Shown here: in pieces, positions 57,622-64,000 of the stretch
How the letters are laid out: every line of letters starts with the position of its first letter
Position numbering within the stretch: position 1 is the first letter of the stretch
IMG/VR virus record: IMGVR_UViG_3300047510_002037
Coordinates: 20,700-84,699 of that record
Strand: one strand, 5' to 3'
DNA length: 64,000 nucleotides
Origin: a virus
Notes under the pieces: model-generated
What the model was told of the DNA's origin: nothing
Seen by the model: only the letters and a program-made list of their open reading frames with translations
Database searches by the model: none
Made by a program: the position numbers and the translations under genes

Positions 57622-57762
57622 GCACGCTAAGATCACAAGGTCTCAGCACATTTATAAGTACAATTCTATCTTATTCTCAATAATAATTGATATTGAGAAT
57701 CAAATACAACACACAACTATATTTTTTAATACATTTTTTTTAATTAAAAATAGGTTAATTAA

Positions 57763-58512
57763 ATGCAAACATTAGATAAACTCTTTAAAGAAACGTTTGT
57801 TATCAGTAAGGATATAAAGACAACAGAAGTAGATTATGTTTATAAATTCAGCAATGTATTTCAAGATCCAGAGAGTGTATTGAACTTTAAGAATAAACTT
57901 TCACTCTGGGAATCAGAAGAGGGATCTAAACCAGGAGTGAATAGTTTAATGCTACCTCACTGGACTACACAATACATTTGTGATCAATTCATTCCTGATA
58001 GTATTGATTACATTAAGGGTGAGACTGTATACTTTAATAATACTCGATTTAATTACTTCTACTATAACAATAAGAATATTCACTCAGAACCAAAAACATT
58101 AAGTTCTAATAACTGTTTATTGCCTCATTGTGATCCTACATTTGCATTCAGGAATTGGATTCTATTGGTGAACTTATCGGAAGATCCAATCACAACATGT
58201 TTCTGGAGTTACATGTATCAGAAGCGCATCAATCATCAAAAAGAGCTTAATGAATTTGAAGATTATACATCATACAATAACATTAATGAAGATAATATTG
58301 ATGAGAAATTAAGTCATGGTTTATTGAGAAAACAGTTCCCATTAACATATGGATTTAATGAGGCAATTATCTATGATGGTAATAGATTACATCAACCAAT
58401 CATTACAAAGAACTTTACAAGAGAGAATCCAAGACTTGTATTAAGAGTTCAGATTAGAGGAAGTGATCTTACACCTGATGATGTTTGTGATGGTGATGAG
58501 GGTTTTGAATAA
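57763..58512 (+). CDS. 2OG-Fe(II) oxygenase-like protein (DUF6445-like)
   Basis: PHCD (HxD) ... LLVNL ... FNEAIIYDGNRLH ... PRLV; the only credible + strand gene. Confidence 0.7.
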   Translation: MQTLDKLFKETFVISKDIKTTEVDYVYKFSNVFQDPESVLNFKNKLSLWESEEGSKPGVNSLMLPHWTTQYICDQFIPDSIDYIKGETVYFNNTRFNYFYYNNKNIHSEPKTLSSNNCLLPHCDPTFAFRNWILLVNLSEDPITTCFWSYMYQKRINHQKELNEFEDYTSYNNINEDNIDEKLSHGLLRKQFPLTYGFNEAIIYDGNRLHQPIITKNFTRENPRLVLRVQIRGSDLTPDDVCDGDEGFE

Positions 58513-58691
58513 TCAATATCATTCCAATGTCGAATTACACCTGCAACAATAAAAGCATTAGTGATCAAATAGGATAGAAAGATAATGGTCCGAATGATTG
58601 CGACTTTATCGGACTCACGATCACACTTGGATGCTTTTTCTCCTAATGCCTTTGCCCACCAACGCCAGGCATTTTTTTGTTTTTTACTCAT
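58449..58691 (-). CDS. Small membrane protein
   Basis: WRWWAKALGEKA...one hydrophobic helix...VIRHW; start placed at MSKKQK. Confidence 0.65.
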   Translation of the reverse strand: MSKKQKNAWRWWAKALGEKASKCDRESDKVAIIRTIIFLSYLITNAFIVAGVIRHWNDIDYSKPSSPSQTSSGVRSLPLI

Positions 58692-59533
58692 TTCCTCCTT
58701 CCATGAATAGGACATTCGACATCAATCCATTTCTTATCATCAGGCATATCTTCATTATCAAGTACAGGACAAATACATCCTGCTGCTACTGCTTCAGGTG
58801 ATCCAGGAATATATCCATTCCAGGCTTTCATAGGATCATTGGTTGTAACCTTCATCATACCTTGATCCCACATATCTTTATTTGAATTGTCCTCATCAAT
58901 AATTGTATTCTCACTAGGGAAATTACTATTGCGATCTTTTGCTAGAAAACTGGAATCAAGTTCTGCACGTTTGTTATAATATTCTGCTTCCCGTAGATTA
59001 TACTCTTGACACTTTTTCTTCTCTTCTTCAGATGCGGCACGATCACACATCGCATTCAATTCTTCATCAGAATACTTAAGTGCTTCCATATCACTATGTC
59101 CCCATGGAGGCATAATATCATTGGAATTGGATTTTTTTACAGTATGATACAATGCCCAATACCTTTTCTCCCATGACTTTTCATGTTTCTCAACCCATTC
59201 AACATCTTGCTTGATTTTATCCTGAATAATATCAGGTAGATCTTCAGACATAATCAGATCATATTCTTCTGCTACCTCTCGCATCACTTTCTCATCATAA
59301 CCTTCATTAAAGGCAAGAGAACATCCTGCTTGCATTACATTCTTTTGACTAAAACCAATAGCCATCAAAAACTTCTTAAACATCGAAGCATATTGATGAT
59401 AACTCAGTTCAAGACTAGGAGATTCAATCGTGATCCTCTCATCATCAATAAGTTCAGGGAATGATGAATGATTATAATATGGTGGAATAGCCTTGCTAAA
59501 GTATTCAAACTTCACATACCCTTCAGTAGCCAT
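58688..59533 (-). CDS. Hypothetical protein with C-terminal Cys motif
   Basis: 281 aa; PGSPEAVAAGCICPVLDN...CPIHG. Confidence 0.7.
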   Translation of the reverse strand: MATEGYVKFEYFSKAIPPYYNHSSFPELIDDERITIESPSLELSYHQYASMFKKFLMAIGFSQKNVMQAGCSLAFNEGYDEKVMREVAEEYDLIMSEDLPDIIQDKIKQDVEWVEKHEKSWEKRYWALYHTVKKSNSNDIMPPWGHSDMEALKYSDEELNAMCDRAASEEEKKKCQEYNLREAEYYNKRAELDSSFLAKDRNSNFPSENTIIDEDNSNKDMWDQGMMKVTTNDPMKAWNGYIPGSPEAVAAGCICPVLDNEDMPDDKKWIDVECPIHGRRK

Positions 59534-59930
59534 AAGTCCCCTTGGTTGTTATCTGATAAGATTGTAGCACACCATTCACAAAATGAATACGACATGTCGG
59601 CCAGTTCTCCCACTGTCCATTCCAACTTGACGGATACACCTCCACATAATCTGTAATAGGGAATGCTTGCACCTTTCCATGCTTTCCTGTTGGAATCCAC
59701 TCATAATTCAAGAATTTAATCTCTGGATCATATCTTGGATCATCCTCTTCAATAGTCTCAAATGTATGAGTTTCACGATAAGTAGTGGTCCACAATTTAC
59801 CAGCTGGATCAAGCCAATAGTGACTCATCGTTCCACCAATACCTTTCTCCATATCTTTAGTCTGACATTCTACTTCTGTAAAGTCAGATCCAAGATCATA
59901 AGACGATCTGAAATAGTCAAACATTCCCAT
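59523..59930 (-). CDS. Conserved hypothetical phage protein
   Basis: MGMFDY...QTKD motif. Confidence 0.7.
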   Translation of the reverse strand: MGMFDYFRSSYDLGSDFTEVECQTKDMEKGIGGTMSHYWLDPAGKLWTTTYRETHTFETIEEDDPRYDPEIKFLNYEWIPTGKHGKVQAFPITDYVEVYPSSWNGQWENWPTCRIHFVNGVLQSYQITTKGTYGY

Positions 59931-59949
59931 TACATGTTACCTCTTTTTC

Positions 59950-60327
59950 TTATCTATATTCATAGAGAAATCCATCATTTGTAGTATAATGAATTTTTGA
60001 AATTCCTGCTTCATTTAATGCTAATTGACAAATCGGGCATGGTTTAGACATTCGAATCTTACCTTGTGGATTTACTCTCGCAACAATGATTGTATCAACT
60101 TCTTCCTTACATTTCACCAGTGCAGCAATCTCTGCATGAAGGTAGATCTTTTCCTTAAGACCTACTCTCTCTGCAAACTTTGCTTGAATTGGATGAGACT
60201 TTGTTTCAAGATTGGTAGCAGCAGTAACAACCTTATTCTTATTCAAAAGAATCGCACCAACTTGTTTCTTGGATGGTGAAGTCTTAGCTGTTTCAATTGC
60301 AAAGTCGTAAATGTTTTCAGGAATCAT
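59950..60327 (-). CDS. Zn-dependent cytidine/deoxycytidylate deaminase-family protein
   Basis: VGAIL, HAE, PCPIC motifs. Confidence 0.85.
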   Translation of the reverse strand: MIPENIYDFAIETAKTSPSKKQVGAILLNKNKVVTAATNLETKSHPIQAKFAERVGLKEKIYLHAEIAALVKCKEEVDTIIVARVNPQGKIRMSKPCPICQLALNEAGISKIHYTTNDGFLYEYR

Positions 60328-60551
60328 TTTTTAAGTTCACGTATTTCGCTTTGTGCCCAAAGCATCTCATCTTGCAGTCTTTGTATACGTTCATCAAATG
60401 ATTTAATCCATTCAATGATCATATAACTTTCACCAGTCTCTTCATTTTTGACTGTGTAATAATAATCATTTCTATCTTCCTCTTCATATGGGTATAACCA
60501 CATTTCAAGATTAGATACCATCCTCCACAAAAAAATTCTAAGATGTCTCAT
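60324..60551 (-). CDS. Hypothetical protein
   Basis: 75 aa; ATGA overlap with the next gene. Confidence 0.65.
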   Translation of the reverse strand: MRHLRIFLWRMVSNLEMWLYPYEEEDRNDYYYTVKNEETGESYMIIEWIKSFDERIQRLQDEMLWAQSEIRELKK

Positions 60552-60734
60552 TTAACAAATTCCACTTCGTTTAGGTTTATCAGTGTCGAACTGATAGAAT
60601 TTAACATCTTTCATATCTAAGCACATACGAACAGTTTCATGTTCACGATACTCTCTTGGTGTTCCTTTGTACATTGATCTACGCTGATATGCACAACACC
60701 AGATATTATAGAAGATTTTAGATTTCTCCGTCAA
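60552..60734 (-). CDS. Hypothetical protein
   Basis: 60 aa; TTG start; abuts neighbours. Confidence 0.55.
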   Translation of the reverse strand: MTEKSKIFYNIWCCAYQRRSMYKGTPREYREHETVRMCLDMKDVKFYQFDTDKPKRSGIC

Positions 60735-60885
60735 GATTTACTTTCTCCAAATGTTCAATATGTTCCATAATGACCTTGATGAAGTCATCTTTTGTAAAGG
60801 TGTTGAGAATACTTTCCTTAGGATCATTCTCATCCCAGGTGATAGTGAAAGATCCGTCTTGTTCTTCATGTACATTAATCGTCAT
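60718..60885 (-). CDS. Small hypothetical protein, 55 aa (not in the ORF track)
   Basis: MTINVHEEQDGSFTITWDENDP...DGEI*; fills the gap. Confidence 0.6.
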   Translation of the reverse strand: MTINVHEEQDGSFTITWDENDPKESILNTFTKDDFIKVIMEHIEHLEKVNLDGEI

Positions 60886-61237
60886 AATCATCATCCCAAG
60901 GTGCTTTGCGATTCATGATTTGTTTAAACCTTTCTACTATAGCAGGATCTGGTGGTTCTTGCAAGCGTTCTACAAGAGCATCAAAGTCTTTTTTTGGTAA
61001 TACAATACGCTCAGGTTTTGCACCTTTACCCCAGAATTGTTCAAATGCCCATTGATAATTCATATCAATGTATCCACCATTCAATGAAGTCCAGAATGAA
61101 TTCCAGAGATAATAATCATCAAATCGGAATCCTTCATGACTCATTAACCGATACCACCACCAGAATGGTGTATAACGTAGAAATCGATTTGAAATGATCC
61201 ACTTATTTAAAAACACTGGAAAGTCCATTATGTCCAC
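60875..61237 (-). CDS. Hypothetical Trp-rich protein
   Basis: 120 aa; C-terminal LPKKDFDALVERLQEPP. Confidence 0.65.
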   Translation of the reverse strand: MDIMDFPVFLNKWIISNRFLRYTPFWWWYRLMSHEGFRFDDYYLWNSFWTSLNGGYIDMNYQWAFEQFWGKGAKPERIVLPKKDFDALVERLQEPPDPAIVERFKQIMNRKAPWDDDYDD

Positions 61238-61458
61238 CTCCCTAACCTTAGCTTGCGTTCAGGTGAAATCCATGGATTATAAGGATCATCATAAGGATAG
61301 ATGTATTCGCAACACCATCCCCATGATAATGCCTCCCAGAAGTCATCATATCCAAAATGATTCATCGTAACACGACAATCAATGATATATTCAATATGAC
61401 GAAAACCTTCAATGAACCATTCCCATTTGGTCATCTGCCAATATTCTTTCCAGGTCAT
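61228..61458 (-). CDS. Hypothetical Trp-rich protein
   Basis: Start placed at MTWKEYW. Confidence 0.6.
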   Translation of the reverse strand: MTWKEYWQMTKWEWFIEGFRHIEYIIDCRVTMNHFGYDDFWEALSWGWCCEYIYPYDDPYNPWISPERKLRLGRWT

Positions 61459-61462
61459 AGTA

Positions 61463-61645
61463 TTATCCACAGTTGGGCATCCATAGTGTAGAGAGTTTGT
61501 TTTTCTTTGCAGTGATATTGAAATGATCAACCTGACCATTCTTATGATAGATTCCACACCAGAGGAACCCATCATCCATCATCTCAAAGTGTACCATATC
61601 AATGTCCTTGACGACAATTTCATCAGGATTCTTTTCCTCGTTCAT
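61463..61645 (-). CDS. Hypothetical protein
   Basis: Start placed at MNEEKNP (ATGA overlap, GGAGG upstream). Confidence 0.65.
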   Translation of the reverse strand: MNEEKNPDEIVVKDIDMVHFEMMDDGFLWCGIYHKNGQVDHFNITAKKNKLSTLWMPNCG

Positions 61646-61860
61646 TTTGCCTCCCAGAACTTTCCTTCTGGACCACAAGAGTAATCAAGTGATTCCCAAC
61701 ATTTAGCACGGAGCATATCACAGAACCTGCTCTCATTACCAGTCACAAGGTTACTTGAAGTATTTGGTGATGTGCAAGTATCGTGTCGGTGTCCAAATCC
61801 AAATAGATGACCCATCCAATCCTTACGATAATACTTACAATCCTTACAAAGTTTGGTCAT
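61642..61860 (-). CDS. Cys-rich hypothetical protein
   Basis: CKDCKY...C...C...CGPEGKFWE. Confidence 0.7.
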   Translation of the reverse strand: MTKLCKDCKYYRKDWMGHLFGFGHRHDTCTSPNTSSNLVTGNESRFCDMLRAKCWESLDYSCGPEGKFWEAK

Positions 61861-62444
61861 TATGCTACACCATCAGCACTATCTTTGAATTCTTGTACTC
61901 TTGCTAGAAACTCATTACTCTGTTGATACAATCGTGCAATCAAATCTTTGATATCATCAATCGCAATCACGTTATACTCAACATTCATATTTTCACACAT
62001 AAGAGCATGAACCATACATTCTAGTGTGATTGCCTGCATATGTTCTGGTGTGATTGGTGTGCCGTGAGGCATCCCAGAACATTCTTCATTATAGAAGTGA
62101 TTATATCGTCGCAGCACAGTATCACTTCGTTCTTTGCGTTCCCATTCATCTTTTTCAATCTCTGCAAGTTTCAGCATAGCATCACCGTGCTTCTCATAGA
62201 GTTCATCAAGGGCAGCAAGTGCTTTGTTTTCTGCCTCTCTTTTTTCAGCAATTTCCAACATTTCTTCGTGCGTAAGATTTTCAAGAACAAGGTCTTTTGC
62301 AGCATCTTCCATTTTGTGCATATCCTGTTTGTAGATAAGTTCTCTCAACCTCTGTTTTCCATATTCAGTGAGTTCGTGTTTTTTGTTGCGGAGTTCTTCT
62401 ACTTCTTCTTGAGTGAGATTAACCCAAGGCATATCTTCATTCAT
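61860..62444 (-). CDS. Hypothetical coiled-coil protein
   Basis: 194 aa, helical and charged. Confidence 0.65.
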   Translation of the reverse strand: MNEDMPWVNLTQEEVEELRNKKHELTEYGKQRLRELIYKQDMHKMEDAAKDLVLENLTHEEMLEIAEKREAENKALAALDELYEKHGDAMLKLAEIEKDEWERKERSDTVLRRYNHFYNEECSGMPHGTPITPEHMQAITLECMVHALMCENMNVEYNVIAIDDIKDLIARLYQQSNEFLARVQEFKDSADGVA

Positions 62445-62619
62445 CTTTATACTGTTGTGCGTTAAGTGTTCTCCACATTACAATCTGTTCAAAACATTCT
62501 CCAAGAGAACGACAGACAAAACTATCTTCATCAATTCCATCAGGACCATCCCAGATTGTAGCAGTGTATCCTTTAGTTGGATGTGGAGTATGAGTAATTT
62601 CAATTTTCATTGTTCCCAA
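62437..62619 (-). CDS. Hypothetical protein
   Basis: 60 aa; overlaps both neighbours. Confidence 0.6.
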   Translation of the reverse strand: MGTMKIEITHTPHPTKGYTATIWDGPDGIDEDSFVCRSLGECFEQIVMWRTLNAQQYKDE

Positions 62620-62789
62620 GCATAAGATTTTAGAAATTCATTATCTCTTTGAAGTGTTTCAATTTTATCATACAAATCATCAATGATTTCAATCAAAGCA
62701 TCATAATCAATTGTTTCAGTTGTTCTACCATCCTCCATATCCTCATAGTAGGAATACTGAAGTTGTTGTTTTAGGTTTCGTTCAGTCAT
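62607..62789 (-). CDS. Hypothetical protein
   Basis: Start placed at MTERNLK (ATGA overlap). Confidence 0.6.
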   Translation of the reverse strand: MTERNLKQQLQYSYYEDMEDGRTTETIDYDALIEIIDDLYDKIETLQRDNEFLKSYAWEQ

Positions 62790-63001
62790 CGTAGTTTCTC
62801 CCGCATAAGTTTCAGGCACTCATTCCATTTGTAAGAGTTAGTGTCGTGTTCTTTCGGCAACCACTTCTCCACCGCATCTACGATCTCATCGCAACTATCA
62901 GGAAAATACCCAAGTCCACTCAGTTCTTCCCAGAGAGTTGGTGGTTTGTTCTCCTCACAATATTGTTTAAAAATTTCATTATAATTTGGTTCTTCAGTCA
63001 T
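62786..63001 (-). CDS. Hypothetical protein
   Basis: 71 aa; ATGA overlaps. Confidence 0.65.
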   Translation of the reverse strand: MTEEPNYNEIFKQYCEENKPPTLWEELSGLGYFPDSCDEIVDAVEKWLPKEHDTNSYKWNECLKLMREKLR

Positions 63002-63267
63002 CGGTCTTCATTATAAAATACAAATCCTGTTGCTGTTTTTTCGCAGTAATAATAATACTCTTGGAATACACCATTCATAAAGTCTTCAAGTGTTTCCAGT
63101 TCATCACTACCAGTTGAATGATAACAGTCTAACACAAAATCCTGATATTCACCAACAAAACCACAGAAACGGTCAGGAAACTTTGAAATACTTTTGTCTG
63201 GGAAGAGTTCATAGTAAGTATCTAATACTTCCTGTCCGTATTCTTCTAGGATGTCTTCAAGGGTCAT
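62998..63267 (-). CDS. Hypothetical acidic protein
   Basis: 89 aa; ATGA overlaps. Confidence 0.65.
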   Translation of the reverse strand: MTLEDILEEYGQEVLDTYYELFPDKSISKFPDRFCGFVGEYQDFVLDCYHSTGSDELETLEDFMNGVFQEYYYYCEKTATGFVFYNEDR

Positions 63268-63632
63268 TCTTTATCATCCTCCCAGTCAAGATTTACATTA
63301 TCCCAGTCACTATAATCAACTTCTACATCACCCAGAAGTTCTTGTGCATACCGTAGAGTTCCTCTATCAAAATAACCATCACGGAAATCATCAGTTTGCC
63401 CACGTTGTTTATACCAAGTCAGGATACCAAATCCAACATCAGAACAACTTACAACTTTCACATAATTGTTATCACACCAAGTTTCTTCTCCATTCATCTC
63501 ACGGAGAGCATTTAGAGTAGCACAATTCCAGTTGTGTTCAAGGAAGTTTCCATTCTCATCAAATCCACATTTAGCGTCATCACCAGACCAGTCTTTAACT
63601 CTGGTAGAACAACGAGGGCACTTGTAAGTCAT
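63264..63632 (-). CDS. Hypothetical protein with CxxC motif
   Basis: Start placed at MTYKCPRC (ATGA overlap). Confidence 0.65.
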   Translation of the reverse strand: MTYKCPRCSTRVKDWSGDDAKCGFDENGNFLEHNWNCATLNALREMNGEETWCDNNYVKVVSCSDVGFGILTWYKQRGQTDDFRDGYFDRGTLRYAQELLGDVEVDYSDWDNVNLDWEDDKE

Positions 63633-63814
63633 AGAATGTAAGGTTGCTGTGGGTCTTCTTTCCAAACTTCCTTGTAAATAATCCAAGGCTCTTCTGTATG
63701 TGTCATCTGGGCAGTCCAGTGTCGTCCATTCTCATCAACAGCATCCAGATAATGAATGCGTGTCTTTGGGTCAATCACTCGTGTGACGTGTGTGAATTTT
63801 ACTCGTTCAATCAT
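63629..63814 (-). CDS. Hypothetical protein
   Basis: Start placed at MIERVKF; HYLDAVDENGRHW. Confidence 0.6.
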   Translation of the reverse strand: MIERVKFTHVTRVIDPKTRIHYLDAVDENGRHWTAQMTHTEEPWIIYKEVWKEDPQQPYIL

Positions 63815-63815
63815 T

Positions 63816-63989
63816 TCAGTTCTGATGTTGTTTGAGGTGAAGTTGGATACATTCCATAACATCATCAAGTGTGGAAGCACTACCATCATAGTAGTAATCC
63901 ATATTCATTACATCTGTGACTTTGAGTTTGTAATAAAAATCTCCATCAGATGAATACTGATGAATGATGATGTCAGTTTCGTAGTGCAT
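63816..63989 (-). CDS. Small hypothetical protein, 57 aa (not in the ORF track)
   Basis: MHYETDIIIHQY...CIQLHLKQHQN*. Confidence 0.55.
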   Translation of the reverse strand: MHYETDIIIHQYSSDGDFYYKLKVTDVMNMDYYYDGSASTLDDVMECIQLHLKQHQN

Positions 63990-64000
63990 CGGTTTGTTTC

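Noticed and set aside
57238-57636. 132-aa ORF with TQLDS repeats, and the overlapping ORFs 57045-57233 and 57494-57775
   Set aside because: The peptide repeats shift between frames as a by-product of the DNA repeat; no RBS; atypical composition.
1-64000. tRNA, rRNA, IS elements, photosynthesis genes
   Set aside because: I saw no cloverleaf or T-loop signature, transposase, or psbA/hli/cpeT-type ORF by eye. tRNAscan-SE and Infernal would be needed to exclude RNA genes formally.

Overview
This window is part of a T4-like (Kyanoviridae-type) cyanomyophage genome, with almost all genes on the minus strand. From right to left in transcription order: (i) 58.4-64 kb, tightly packed short hypothetical ORFs plus a Zn-deaminase. 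(ii) 56.9-57.76 kb, a non-coding repeat tract bracketed by two 10-8-10 palindromes, followed by a sigma70 promoter and the only plausible + strand gene (2OG-Fe(II) oxygenase-like). (iii) 52-56.9 kb, a GC-richer early region with six copies of a two-block promoter motif, an ArdA-like protein, a ligase-like protein and a nuclease-like protein. (iv) The late structural module: g25, g6, g7, g8, a split DUF4815/VrlC-like gene, g13, g14, g15, g16. (v) At least 19 kb of tail-fibre-like genes plus a subtilase, with g17 not reached. The two most striking observations: five phycobiliprotein-like domains, carrying both bilin-attachment-type cysteines, are inserted in two virion proteins; and the DUF4815 gene is interrupted by a cassette of Hint domain, basic Pro/Arg peptide, split S74 chaperone and SET methyltransferase. 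All family calls come from motif recognition by eye; no searches were run.
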